The notes: a model not told the origin generated them from the sequence alone. A DNA stretch of 63,892 bases, filler included, from Octopus bimaculoides (GCF_001194135.2; 12 parts of 11 records of this genome joined end to end with filler, not necessarily neighbours in it), one strand, 5' to 3'. Counted from the first letter of the whole stretch, positions 25,076-37,935 are shown. Program-made: numbers and translations.

Positions 25076-26623
25076 GATGGTTAATTATTATCTCGTTTGT
25101 GTATAGCTTTCACCGACATGAATAAACATCGACGAAGGTTGTAAACATCGGTGAAGAATCCGATGTTTACATTATCTTTCGTTGAAAACTTTGCCATTAA
25201 TTTTTACAAACAATCAAAACTTCTTAGCTATTCAGTTATATAAACATTATTACATACAACCATAAAGATTCAGTTATATTTATTATTAGTAAGTTTGGTT
25301 AGTTAGTAGAAGTCCAGGCGAAATGAATTATAAAACTGAATGTGTTGTTTCAGCGAGTTCAGATGCCATTGATAACAAAACATCTTGAACAACGAAGGAA
25401 CCTTTGCATAGTTGCTCTACCTGCTAGAGGTAGCAATCAAATCTCACATCAAGCCCCACTGTCTTATGGAGTAACATTGAATCATACGATGCTAGTTGTT
25501 CTATATCAGTGGTTGTCCACCATTTTTTATCTATAGACTCCTTCGATTACTATTTTATTCTGGTGGACCCCCATAGCCTTTCGATGTTTAAAAACTAGTT
25601 TTATAGATACTTCTTTCAATGTTCCTATTTTGTTTTTCACACACTGTCGGTTGAACTATGTAAAATGCTGGAGAAAGAATCCTAGCCGTTTCTTGTAATA
25701 TATACCAATACATAAATCTAAAGCAACATTTTTTTCAGAGGCCCTTAAAATACTATTGTGGACAATTTGCTATTTTGTTGCGGGGACCCCCCCCCCAAAT
25801 CTTATCTAAGGACCCCAATTGAGAACCACTGCTCTATATAAACGGTGTGGCATGGCTGGAATGATTTTGATCATAGGTTTGCTTCATTAGATACATTTAA
25901 ACAGCTGATCTTATACCGCAGTAAGGAATAACTACAAGTGTAATGACATGGCCATTCAAACAGTCAAGCGATGTTTTTTTGGTTTTTTTTTGTAGGGGGT
26001 TGGGTAATCAGGACGAAAAATGGTTTCTTTTGCTGATCATTTTCCCTGCCATTTGCAAGTTATTGACATCGCAGCTATTACAACGTAAAGCTAAATGATA
26101 TCTAAGCAATACAGAGCAGTAGGTAGTTGAATAGTTAGAATATTTGCTTTTCGTTGAAAAGACGCAAACACTCGGTACCAGTCTGCTTGGTTGTAAATTA
26201 GCTGTCACATCATCAATGATTAGAGGTAATAAAGTATAACTGACTACCGTTTCCTTTGAGCAAAATCTCTGATTGCCAGCCTGTTCAAAAAAAGGGAGTT
26301 ATCTTAACCACTTAATGGGTTAAGTATTAAAACTTGTATTTCGCCATGGAATTGTTGTGGAACAAATAAAAGTGGATTAATTATAGGAAGAGAGATTTAG
26401 AAATTTATGAGAATCAATTGTTTTTCTGGATGTTAAAGCAAATTCTGCTTAGTGACTATTTCTTGTACCAATTATTTTAATCCAATGGAGTTAAATAGCC
26501 ATTTACTTATTGGACTTGTGCATTTGGTTTTTAGACAACTCTTAAAAGTAAGTTTAAAATGTAGAAATCATTTAATTAAACAGGTTTCTCTTTTTGTTTC
26601 ATTCCAGGAATAACTTTGTGAAT

Positions 26624-26840
26624 ATGAAGATTTTACGAGAAAAAAAAGTTAAAAAAATTTTAGCATTTTATAAGAATTATTTTCACTTCCGAACACCATA
26701 CCAAGTTTTAATTGATGGGACATTTTGTTTAGCTGCACTTAACTCTCATCTTGATATAAATGATGTCCTCTCTAAATATTTGCAAAGTGAAATCCGGCTT
26801 TTTACCACCTCGTGTGCAATTGCAGAGGCACATAGTTTAG
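26624..26840 (+). CDS. UTP23: rRNA-processing protein UTP23, coding exon 1
   Basis: MKILREKKVKKILAFYKNYFHFRTPYQVLIDGTFCLAAL is the UTP23/Fcf1 PIN N-terminus; phase-1 donor G|GTATGG. Confidence 0.95.
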
Positions 26841-27569
26841 GTATGGCATTTCTGATTTGTGTTATTTCGGTCTTTAGAGTTAATGGTGTTTTGTGCTATT
26901 CATCAATAAATTAATCATTCATATCTTTTCATCAATGCATCTAAAACACCGTTATTTGCTGACTCACCAAGTCCATTGTATACATATAGATGGTTAATTA
27001 TTATCTCATTTGTGTATAGCTTTCACCGACATGAATAAACATCAATGAAGGTTGTAAACATCAGTGAAGAATCTGATGTTTACGTTATCTTTCGTTGAAA
27101 CCTTTGCTTCTAAACTTTGCTTAGAAGTAATTGATGAGGTTTTTAACAGTTTGCAGTCATGGCCTCAGATCTTGCTATAAGAATAACTAAGTAAAAGATG
27201 GGCTTTAGTGGAATATAATTTCAATTTATGTTCAGAATTAAGTTATTTATCAAAGCTAGGGTGGTGAATGTTTGCTTATTGATAATGCGAGAGTTCTTTG
27301 GGGTAACAGAGAGATAAATAGTTACCTGAACTTTAATAGAAACCAGATTTTCTGTACATCTGCTTCTACAGATCTTATGTGTATCTCCTACTTCTGAGAG
27401 ATGTTCTGTAAAGTTCATGAAGTATTTTGTTGCTTTTCACAATTTCTATTAAACCTTACATGGAACAATCTCTTCCTGGTTTCCAGAAGTGAAATGACTT
27501 AATGAATATCTTATTGGACTGCTAACATATAAGTCTTGAGATCAAATCTAGTTTTTTTTTTTCTTCTTA

Positions 27570-27778
27570 CTCTTTCATTTGTTTCAGTCATTTGACTGTG
27601 GCCATGTTGGAGCACTGCCTTAAAGGGTGTTAATCAAAGAAATTGACCCCAGGACTTATTCTTTGTAAGCCTTGTACTTATTCTATTGGTCTCTTTTCCC
27701 GAACTGCTAAGTTACGGGGACATAAACACACCAGCATCGGTTGTCATGTGATGCTGGGGGAGACAAACACAGACACAC

Positions 27779-27864
<86 letters not shown>

Positions 27865-27990
27865 GACGGACTTCTTCAGTTTCCGTCTACCAAATCCACT
27901 CACAAGGCCTGAGGCTATAGTAGGAGACATTCACCCAAAGTGCTACACAGTGGGACTGAACCCAGAACCATGTAGTTGGGAATCAAGCTT
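27570..27990 (-). mobile_element. Near full-length SINE family B with internal (TA)n
   Basis: tRNA-like head at about 27990-27930, (TA)n at 27783-27862, and tail gcagtgctccaacatggccacagtcaaatgactgaaac. Confidence 0.85.
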
Positions 27991-28887
27991 CTTACATTCT
28001 ATATCAATTTATATCATCTGAGAGCATTGCTTGAGCAGAGGAAGGCATGCTGTGAAAATGGAAATACCTGTTCATAATTTGAAGGGCTGAGCCATTGATA
28101 GTTTGATTGGTTGGTCAGGAAAACAGTACTGCACCAGTTTCACTTGACTACAATACTGAAATAGCTGAGTGGATATGATATAGGAATTCCAATTCAATAA
28201 TTTTGAGTTCAAATTTGTTATAGACGTTTTGTAGTGTATTTGGACAATGTTCACAGTTCTACTTTGCCTCAGTTAATCTAACTGTTGGAAACAGGCACCA
28301 CATCATCTTGGAATAATACCTTCAGTTGACAAGTGTTTTATCCAGTGGAAGATATACCTACCTGCTTCATACACTAAAACTGGAGTAGGGAGACATTTAC
28401 ATTTTTTTAATGACTTGGGAAGCTGCATCTCACATGAAATATGAGTAATGGATCTTTTTACATTTACTAAGCAAATAGATTAAGAAGCCTGTATGGCTGA
28501 ACTTCATTGCAGTTTTTATATCATTAAAAAACATTAAATGGTAGAAATACAAATACCAATTCGTTGGAATAGAGAATGTCTTTGTAATACAACAGAATAA
28601 ACTGTAAAATCCAGTGATATTTACCTGTACAGTTCTAGTGAAATACCTGCAGCTGATATGAACTCATGAGAAGAAAATAGTTAGGATAGATCTGAGATTA
28701 TTAGTAATTATTGGTTGAAATTAAGATAGATTAAGAGGCATGTAATGTTTGTTTACAAAGATACATGGAAATCTTTGCAGACCTGTCTCATCTTTACTAC
28801 TGTACAGAAAAAAAATGTGAAAATGGTGGAGACAATAATGATTTAATTTTTCTTTTCCATAATTTTTTCTAGAAAAATTGTTTCCAG

Positions 28888-29018
28888 GTCTTTTACCTCA
28901 ACTGTGCAGTTGTCAAGTATGTTCATGTGGGCACAAAAAGAAAGCAGTATCAGTAGTTGAGTGTTTCAAGAGTATGGTCAATAATAATAATAATAACCAT
29001 TATATTTTATGCACACAG
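28888..29018 (+). CDS. UTP23: UTP23 coding exon 2
   Basis: TTCCAG| GLLPQLCSCQVCSCGHKKKAVSVVECFKSMVNNNNNNHYILCTQ |GTTAGT. 131 nt; phase 1 in and phase 0 out, consistent with the flanking exons. Confidence 0.93.
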
Positions 29019-29244
29019 GTTAGTAGTTTTCTATTTTGTTCTGTATATATACATATGTACTCATCTGTATTTGCAGCACGTGCACATACACACACACACA
29101 CACCTGTTTATATGTATTTGTGCATGAGTATTTTTAAAATTCTTTTTACTGATTTCATTTAAGGGACTTTGGCCTGCTGGGCACTGCCTTTAAAGATTTA
29201 GTCAACCTTATCAACTCTATTTGTTGAATTGCTAGGTTATGAGA

Positions 29245-29585
29245 TATAGTTCCAAGATACATCTCACAGATACTCTGGGATGCATCATCAGTGATGTTTC
29301 TGGAGCTGCAAGGGGCTTTTAAGTCTTTTAACACCCTTTCACCCAGTTGACCCAGCCTGGGTTAATCAAATCTCAGCTTGCATCCTAGTAGCAGTAAACC
29401 TCTCATCTACCTTCTTTATCTAAAGACATCATGTGACTTCCTCTGCAGCTTCATTAATGAAACTTATAGATCTCCTCTTATAATTCCAAACCCAGTCAGA
29501 ACTTTGTAGAATAAATGCCCTGCTAAATCCAGGTAGCTCATTTCAGTTGCCTTGTTACATGCCTGCTAGCTCTGGTTTCTGCACT
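29245..29585 (-). mobile_element. 3' end fragment of a HERO-like non-LTR element in UTP23 intron 3
   Basis: Degenerate NEAAEE..CL*IKK C-terminus and a ccagaaacatcactgatgatg 3' UTR motif, similar to 20040-20230. Confidence 0.55.
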
Positions 29586-30271
29586 GCTTTAACACTTTCG
29601 TTACTGTATTTATTTTGAGATGCTCTGTGTTTCTTTCAATTACTTTAAATATAACAATGAATTTAGTAAAATAACTTAGTTATCATTCAGCTAGTATTAG
29701 GAACATAAATACTGCTAAGATTCCTTGGTAAGCTTTAGTAAAACTTCACCAACCTGAACTACACTTAGTAACAGAAATTTAGTCACAAATTTTTGTAGGT
29801 AACATAACAAGTTTCAAGTTATCTTTCATGAATGTTACATGTCTCAGAACTGTTCTCTATTAAACAGAGCAAGATTAATAACTAAGAAGAGGTTAATATT
29901 TTAGAAATGTATGTTTGCACAAGTAAATAGAATCAGTGATGTAATGACTAACTGTTAATTAGAGCAATTCCAGATTCCTTTTACATCTGTTTCTTGTAAA
30001 CTTACTTTTCTAATTTAGTATTTGGAATATTTGGTTTGCTAGCAGCATAACTTCTCACTCTTTATTCTAATCTTTCATGCTGAAAAAATTTTACTCGTTA
30101 GGTATGCTTTACTTCATAAACATTATCACTTTAACAATAAACCTCTGAGCGAGGTATAAACAGAGATTTATTATTGCTTATTTCTACTTTTTCGAGATCA
30201 ATGACTTTTCGTCACTGGAAAAAGTATATATTTGCATTGAGAACCAGTTCCCATCACCAACCGGTGGTTGT

Positions 30272-30316
30272 CACATGCTGATGACGGGTCAGTACCCAGA
30301 AACTCAGGTCCATGTG
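30272..30316 (+). ncRNA. Type I hammerhead ribozyme (near-intact), intronic and sense to UTP23
   Basis: CACATG / CTGATGA / c-GGGT-cagt-ACCC-a / GAAA / c-tcag-g / TC / CATGTG: perfect 6-bp stem I, canonical core, GUC cleavage triplet, C-A mismatch at the base of stem II. Confidence 0.8.
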
Positions 30317-31861
30317 TATCACGTCAAGCTGGAGATGGGAAAGATAACTTCCCTTTGCAAGTACTGATAGGGCACAGTGTCAATAGTCAGCTGGAGGAGA
30401 TGTCTTCCTGGGGCTACAGTAGCATCAACCCTTAAGGGTTAGCCACATTTAGGTGGCAAATATATTTCACGATATTATCACTTTAGTTACTTTGAAGCTG
30501 ACATCATATGAAGTTGTGCTTTCAAACTTTGGTAGCTTGTGAAGCAGTGAGAAACAAAAGTTCTTATATGAAGGTGAAATGGACAGGTTAATTTAGTAAT
30601 AGTGTGTCATTATAAAAATTCATTTGGATATTTTTTAACTCCACATTTTAATAACCATTTCTTTTGCACAGTAACTATTGTTACATCTCTTTAGGAATGC
30701 TCTATGTGCTGGTTCATGAAATAAATAAATGTGTTTGAATTTTCAACACTAATATTGTTACACACTTGTATAGTTAAGTCATTGGAATGAAAAACTATAT
30801 GTTTGAAGTGAGACATGTACAATAATGCATTAAAGTTTTTTCAGCATTGTGGAAAAACAAAAAACAAAACAAGTATGTTGCTGAAAATAGTCAAAAAAAA
30901 AAAAGAGAAGCAAAATTAAAATTAACTGGTGTCCCTTTCCCAGCAATTAATAAGAAACTTAAATACATTTCAATTAAAAGAGAGTAATGAATGTTTCACA
31001 TGACTGTAGAATTCCTTTGTAGACACACTTCATTTATCTGGGTTAATATTTTTATAAACAACTTAGTTTGATAAAATAAGTAGCAGGCTTGAAGAATAAG
31101 TAATGGAGATGATATTATTGACTAAATGATTTCAAGGTGGTACCCCAGCATGACCGCAGTCTAACACAATTTGGAAACTTAATTCTATAGATAGCGATTG
31201 TTTTTTGCATTATGTAATATGGTTAAAAATAATTTACTTTTTGTTTTGTTTTGTTTTTTTCGCTTTATTACATTTTTTTACAAACACGAAGAAAAACTAT
31301 TTGTTTACATATGGAATTCAAACAGAAGTTGATGCTTAAAACAGAAGCAAATCTTGTAATATTAAGCATTACAATTTATGTTTAATATACAAATAAACTT
31401 TATTGTTTAGAAATTTTTTAATATTCATTTATAATTTCTTCAGAGTAATATGACTTTTTTTTAATAATGTGGGAAAAAAATGATAAACTGGACACAGTCT
31501 TGCACTTCTTCAATCACTATATTATAGATATTAGCTATCAAAGAATTTGTGCCAAGGCACCTGTAACAGTTATACTTTATTGCAGTTGGAATCATTTAGC
31601 CTTGTAGAATGTCTGCAGTTGTTTAGCGTTGAAGTACTTCTTGGTTTTAGAGAGAAAGGTAAGTCTTGGATACAAATTAGGCAGTACTAAAAGAAAATTT
31701 CTCAGATATTCAGTTCTAGTATGCATGTATGGATTGTGAAAAAGATATGTCCTTAAAAAAATAAAGAGAAAAACGGCTTTATGAATTTTCAGACTTAATC
31801 AAGTTTTTCTTAGTAGATAAGATACTTGTAAAGTTTTATTTTTATTAATTTTTTTTCCTAG

Positions 31862-32239
31862 GACAAGAAAATTCAGAAGGTTCTTCGAAAAACTCCTGGT
31901 GTTCCCATCATTTTCATTGATAGAACTGTCTGTATTGAGCAACCAAGCAAAGTTTCTCAGCAAATAGCAACAGATGGTTTTGATGGAGAAGTGGAGGAAT
32001 TAAATTATGAAGACAAAGTATTAAATCAGTTAAAAGAAAGGATTTTGGTTAAAAAACCTCGTGTTGATTTTAAGAAGCAAAAATCAAAGAAGGGAGCTAA
32101 TCCATTGTCATGCAAGAAAAAGAAAGTTGTAAATGTTGTTCCTAGCAAAGACAATGGCATCAAAAAATCTCGCAAAAGAAGAAAAAAATATAAGGTTTCT
32201 TCTCATATTAAAGAACTTTTGAAAAATATTCAGCAATGA
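31862..32239 (+). CDS. UTP23: UTP23 coding exon 3 (to stop)
   Basis: CCTAG| DKKIQKVLRKTPGVPIIFI...GANPLSCKKKK...KSRKRRKK...NIQQ*. The conserved PGVP and NPLSC motifs and basic tail are present; the three exons total 726 nt. Confidence 0.95.
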   Translation, partial: DKKIQKVLRKTPGVPIIFIDRTVCIEQPSKVSQQIATDGFDGEVEELNYEDKVLNQLKERILVKKPRVDFKKQKSKKGANPLSCKKKKVVNVVPSKDNGIKKSRKRRKKYKVSSHIKELLKNIQQ

Positions 32240-32692
32240 AATAGGTTCATCTCAATTTCATTAAAAATTTATACTCTTTTACTTGTTTCAGTCATTTAAT
32301 GGTACATTTTTATTAGATCTCTGTAGGTAGGAAATGGAGTATTGCAGTTGTTCATTTAACTGAACTACCTCCTCATGGAAGTACTGCGTAAGTGGCTGAG
32401 TATTCTACAAATTGTTGTATACTTAACTTAGTCTTCAGGCAAAATGATTGTGATCTAATGACAAGGTTGGTACTTTGATGCATCTACAGAGCAATTCAAA
32501 GCTTCCACACAGTTTCCACGTACCCAGTTTTACTACCAAGGATTGGGATAGTTTGAGGCAATGGTAAAAGATGCTGTGAAATGAGAATGAATCTAAGACC
32601 TCATAATTTTGAAGCAAACTCTTTACTTGGTCATGCCTCAGCCTTTTTTGCAGTACCATTGGAAAATAACTTTGTCTTCAACATTACTGCCA

Positions 32693-32996
32693 TCTATATA
32701 TATAAAAATGAGAATGTCTGTCTGTCTGTCTGTGTGTGTGTGTGAATCCCTAAAACTCGAGAACTACGCAACCAATTTCATTCAAATTTTACACATGCCT
32801 TACTTAGGGTTCCAGTTGTGTTTTAGTCAAAAAAATTTTTTTAACTTCTTGCAGAGTTCGAGCCCACGGCAACATAATATCTCCTCCACTATTTAAGTAT
32901 TACGTGTCAAAAGTGAAACAAAAACACTCATGTCAAATACTTTCACTTTAAAAATGAAACTATTCCACTAACTGAAACAATCACATTTCGATACTN
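32693..32996 (+). mobile_element. Non-autonomous Helitron/HINE-like 5' end (runs into gap)
   Basis: A|TCTATATATATAAAAATG, (GTCT)n, then aactacgcaaccaatttcattcaaatttt; architecture similar to 50270. Confidence 0.65.
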
Positions 32997-33213
32997 NNNN
33001 NNNNNNNNNNNNNNNNNNNNNNNNNNNNNNNNNNNNNNNTTAATTAATTAANNNNNNNNNNNNNNNNNNNNNNNNNNNNNNNNNNNNNNNNNNNNATCAG
33101 CATATATACGCTTTTTTTTAATTTGGAAGCCCATGTATAAACACACTCACATACATATATGTTTACACATGAAAGAATTGAGCAATCAATACATGAGACC
33201 AGTTCCATCATCA

Positions 33214-33256
<43 letters not shown>

Positions 33257-33259
<3 letters not shown>

Positions 33260-34570
33260 TTTTATTCTTTTCGTTGTTTCAGACATGCAGCTGCGGTCAT
33301 GCTGCAGCACCACTGTGATTTTGTTCTTTTATTTATCACACTTCCGTAGTTGATTTCTTCAGTGTGTAAAAAATTGATATAATCTCTCCCGTGTGTGCTT
33401 TTCCCTTTTGTTGTTGCCCCATTTGGTGTATGAGGGGGTTTCGTGTTGCTACTGTCATCAATACTTCATACCGGGCTGTTGGTTCATCCAGTGTCGTGGA
33501 TAGGAAAATGTTCAGTTCCTTTTTAAAGACGTCCACTTCCACATTGTGTAGGTTTCTTAATTTTTTGGCAGAACAATGAATATCTGCGTGCCATTGAACC
33601 CTAAACTATTGTAGTACCTGGCCCTGACTTTATATGGATTGGACGGTACATTAGGCACAATGCAATGGCGTCCAGCTCGGGAATTTCTATAACACTCGAT
33701 GCCTAAATTAGGTACTTGTCTTTCCAGAATATTCCATATGTAGATTATTACATATATGTCGCCTCTTCGCTCGAAGGAGTAAACTCGTGGTTTTTTCAGA
33801 GTCTACCAGTAATTCATCTGCCACACTGTTTCAGTCTTGGACTGCTCCGTTGTTAGTTTGGCGCTTTGTGGGGAATACAGCTGAGAACAAAAGCCCTCCA
33901 CAGATTCAACTTGACTTCTTGGTATCTTGTCTTGAAGGACCTTACTATCCATCCTATCAGTTGTCTGCACTTCGTTGCCATCTTGGTAATGTGCATATGA
34001 AACAACGCATCATTACATATACTGATCCCCAAGTCTCTCACTGTCTGTGTTTCTGGGATTGTAGTGTCTTTGGGTCTTATATATGCCGGCTGCGGTGCAT
34101 TTGTATGTTGATAACGCAACGCTTGAAGTTTTTCCAATATTAAACTGCATGTTGTTTTCTTCAGCCCACTTGTATATTGCATTTAGGTCCCACTGCCTGT
34201 AATAATTTCGTAGCTAGTAGTTATTCACAATAGCTGTCTGAATGACCATGGGCATGTCCAAGAGAGCGTCTATAAGCAGTAATGGCCCCAAGACAGTTCC
34301 GTGGGGTTTGCCATTCAGAATCCGTGTTTCCTCGGGGAGGGCATTATTGGCTGCAACTGCCTGAATCTATCTTTTAGAAAGTCATGCAGGCACTCTTCTA
34401 GTCTACTAGCTTTGCCAAGGTCTCAAGTTTGTGACATATCATGCTATGGTCCACCCTATCAAAAGCCTTTGCGAAGTCAAGATACATCACATTGACATCT
34501 GAATGATCAAGCACCTACTCCAGAATCCAGTCATAGTGTCGTGAGAATCGTGTGAGGCAGTCTGAAAGCG
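33257..34570 (-). mobile_element. CR1-like LINE 3' portion with tail
   Basis: VDVMYLDFAKAFDRVDH-like RT motif near 34500-34450, VRDLGISI...IGWIVRSFKTR, and VDVFKKELNIFLST; tail ggtgctgcagcatgaccgcagc...ctgaaac...aaaagaataaaagaat. Confidence 0.85.
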
Positions 34571-34737
34571 TTTATAAAAAAAACTCATACATTAAGTATG
34601 TTACATCGATATATGTTCACATTATTAGAGCTGCTTCTAACTCAGAATTTGATGTTGGAATGTGTATGTATATGTATTTACATATGAATAATTGTATATA
34701 TGTGTGTGCGCGCGTTTCTTTTTAGGTATATACATTC

Positions 34738-34770
<33 letters not shown>

Positions 34771-34793
34771 CAGATACACACATATATATGTAC

Positions 34794-34828
<35 letters not shown>

Positions 34829-35862
34829 TGTACGCGCATGTATAATAAAATCGAACCAACTATTGATATTTTGAATATAAAATATCAATATTTGGTTTGA
34901 CTTCATATATACGACTCGCTTGCCTGCCCTTACTTCGTCGACAAGATAATCTAACAAGGATTTGGACTGCTTGTACGCTTGTATGTATTTTATACGTGCA
35001 TAGGTGATTTTCTGTCGGTGCACACATGCACACATGTGCATGCAAACGTGCTTGTGTGCGTATGCATATGTGTTTGCGTGTTTGTATGTATATATGTATG
35101 CATGGGTGTATGTATGCATGTATACACATGTGTTCAAGATGTGTGCTCATATTTTATAATGGGTAGGTATGTTCCCTTTCATAGTGTGTGTTGTTTCATG
35201 ATCCTACGTATATATATGTGGAATATATTTACATCTCTCTTTCTGTCTTTCTCTTTCTATTCATATACTGCTATGTGTATATGTATATGTATGTGTCTGT
35301 GTCTATGTATATGTATGTGAAGATGTGTGTGTAAAGTATATATACACGTTAATTTATATATACATACAGACACATTAATCTGTATGCGAAACATATATAC
35401 ATCTACACTCATATATCTACGAGAAAAAAAAAAGGGGGAAAGAAAAAACAAGACCAAACGACATCATGACGCGTCTTGGTAGATTTTAGTATTCAAGAAT
35501 ATAGTGTATTGAGGAATATAGTGCAGGAACTCCCATGGTAGGACAAATCACCCGAGGTTATCAGTTGGTGCATGAAACACAGTAAATGTCTCCAAATTGC
35601 TGTTACTAAGATAATGGTGTGGATGGCGCCAGCCATGGTGTCGTCACCTGATTGTAGGTTAGACGAACGCTGCATATCAATGGCGAGTGGTCAGCAGAGT
35701 GGGGCATGGAATGATATTCTCACTTTGCTGCAGTTCTTAATCGAAACAATTTACAAACGATGAGAAAGGTGACGACGAAGCCATGAGTTTTTTCTGTCTA
35801 CTTAATGTAGTTCGGTCGTATTTTTAGCTGTGACTGTTATTACATGTACGGAAACGAGCTTT

Positions 35863-35876
35863 GCACACACACACAC

Positions 35877-35956
<80 letters not shown>
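35863..35956. repeat. (CA)n microsatellite at gap edge
   Basis: Direct reading. Confidence 0.95.
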
Positions 35957-37599
35957 NNNNNNNNNNNNNNNNNNNNNNNNNNNNNNNNNNNNNNNNNNNN
36001 NNNNNNNNNNNNNNNNNNNNNNNNNNNNNNNNNNNNNNNNNNNNNNNNNNNNNNNNNNNNNNNNNNNNNNNNNNNNNNNNNNNNNNNNNNNNNNNNNNNN
36101 NNNNNNNNNNNNNNNNNNNNNNNNNNNNNNNNNNNNNNNNNNNNNNNNNNNNNNNNNNNNNNNNNNNNNNNNNNNNNNNNNNNNNNNNNNNNNNNNNNNN
36201 NNNNNNNNNNNNNNNNNNNNNNNNNNNNNNNNNNNNNNNNNNNNNNNNNNNNNNNNNNNNNNNNNNNNNNNNNNNNNNNNNNNNNNNNNNNNNNNNNNNN
36301 NNNNNNNNNNNNNNNNNNNNNNNNNNNNNNNNNNNNNNNNNNNNNNNNNNNNNNNNNNNNNNNNNNNNNNNNNNNNNNNNNNNNNNNNNNNNNNNNNNNN
36401 NNNNNNNNNNNNNNNNNNNNNNNNATATATATATATATACATGCATACATATATCCCCTTACCACCATTTTCCTCCTCCTCCCACTCCTCCTCCTTCTTT
36501 TTCCTTTTCTTCTTTTCTTCTTGCATGTTCTTTAAAGTAATTACTCATCCCCTTATCGTACTTTATTTATTTATTGTTTCCTCCCGATATAAGCAAAAAA
36601 CAAAATCTGGATGACGCACAATATATACGAGAGCAGCTTTGATTCAAATCTGATGAAGTGCCACTCTAATGTCTGTTTTAGACATTATTACGTAAATCTT
36701 CACTTCGAATTTCGTTTAAACTGGCGTTGCAAGAAACAACTGTAATTGATCATTAAAGATGTGTTAAAGTATTTCTATGTCTTATTATTTGGATTACACA
36801 CACACACACACACATACACACACACACACACACACATATGCGCGTACGCATGCACTCTAACATGTGTTAAAATAATACTACGTCTATATACTTATGTTTA
36901 AATACTCACTTTAATGCATAAAATGTATGGTCATAAATAGAGAAAGGGGATTTTTGAAGGGAAATAGTTGAGAATTGGTCTAAAGTGACATTAATGTATG
37001 TTTGAAGGTTCTTAGTAGCTTATTGCAGTGGCAGGTGGGTAAAAGAATAAACGAAGTTGAGAATGAAGAATATATCTTCAGTAAGTAGTAGAAGTAAATA
37101 ATCATTAGGATATTACAGTTATCCTTAGTTTGTTAAAGCCACAGCATGGATGACAGAACGAAACAAAGTATGTTTCAATGTGGATCACAAAATCTCGGAC
37201 ATTTCCCCGAAGCATTAACGCCGCCCTTTTCCACTTTATTTAGCAGTTCTCTTGTAAAGCGACGAAACCGATTTGGTCTAAAATCGACTGTTGATGAAAG
37301 ATTATTTCCATGTTGTATGCTATATCTATGCACATGCGCAAATAAATCTAAATTCTCTAGGACAGGTTTACGATACATCCTCTGTTGTTTATGAGGCACA
37401 GACAATGACAAATTATGTCAGAGGCTGGATAGAGACCAAACGCTATATAGAATCCGTGGGTGGGGGGATTTAATTTCGGATAAAATAACCATCTTTTAAC
37501 CTTTAGACGCACTAAGAAGAGACATGCAACAATCATCTGGGGAGTTAAGGACGTGGACATAACAAGAGTTTCAAATGGAAGATTCTTTCTGAGATTAGG

Positions 37600-37631
<32 letters not shown>

Positions 37632-37754
37632 NNNNNNNNNNNNNNNNNNNNNNNNNNNNNNNNNNNNNNNNNNNNTTAATTAATTAANNNNNNNNNNNNN
37701 NNNNNNNNNNNNNNNNNNNNNNNNNNNNNNNTATATATATATATATATATATTA

Positions 37755-37935
37755 GATTGGATTCTTTCAGCTTCCTTCTGCGAAATCTACTCACAAGGTT
37801 CTGGTCGACCGGAGGCTATAGCAAAAGACACCTACTCAGAGTGCCTTCTTTAGTACTCTGGTAAGGTGTCTAATCTCACGCAGTAAGATTGAATGCGGAG
37901 ACATGCAGTTGGGAAGTAAATCCCTTGCCATGCAG
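37755..37935 (-). mobile_element. SINE head (family B/C), degenerate
   Basis: Reverse complement of the ...ctactcacaagg...ggctatagca...gacac... head. Confidence 0.6.

Noticed and set aside
35505-35585. IEEYSAGTPMVGQI reading resembling a cadherin repeat start
   Set aside because: Stops flank it closely, and there are no DRE/DxNDN motifs or convincing splice sites.
20190-36670. Other CTGATGA cores at 20218, 23679 and 36650
   Set aside because: None has a correctly placed GAAA with pairing stems I and III, so they are not hammerheads.
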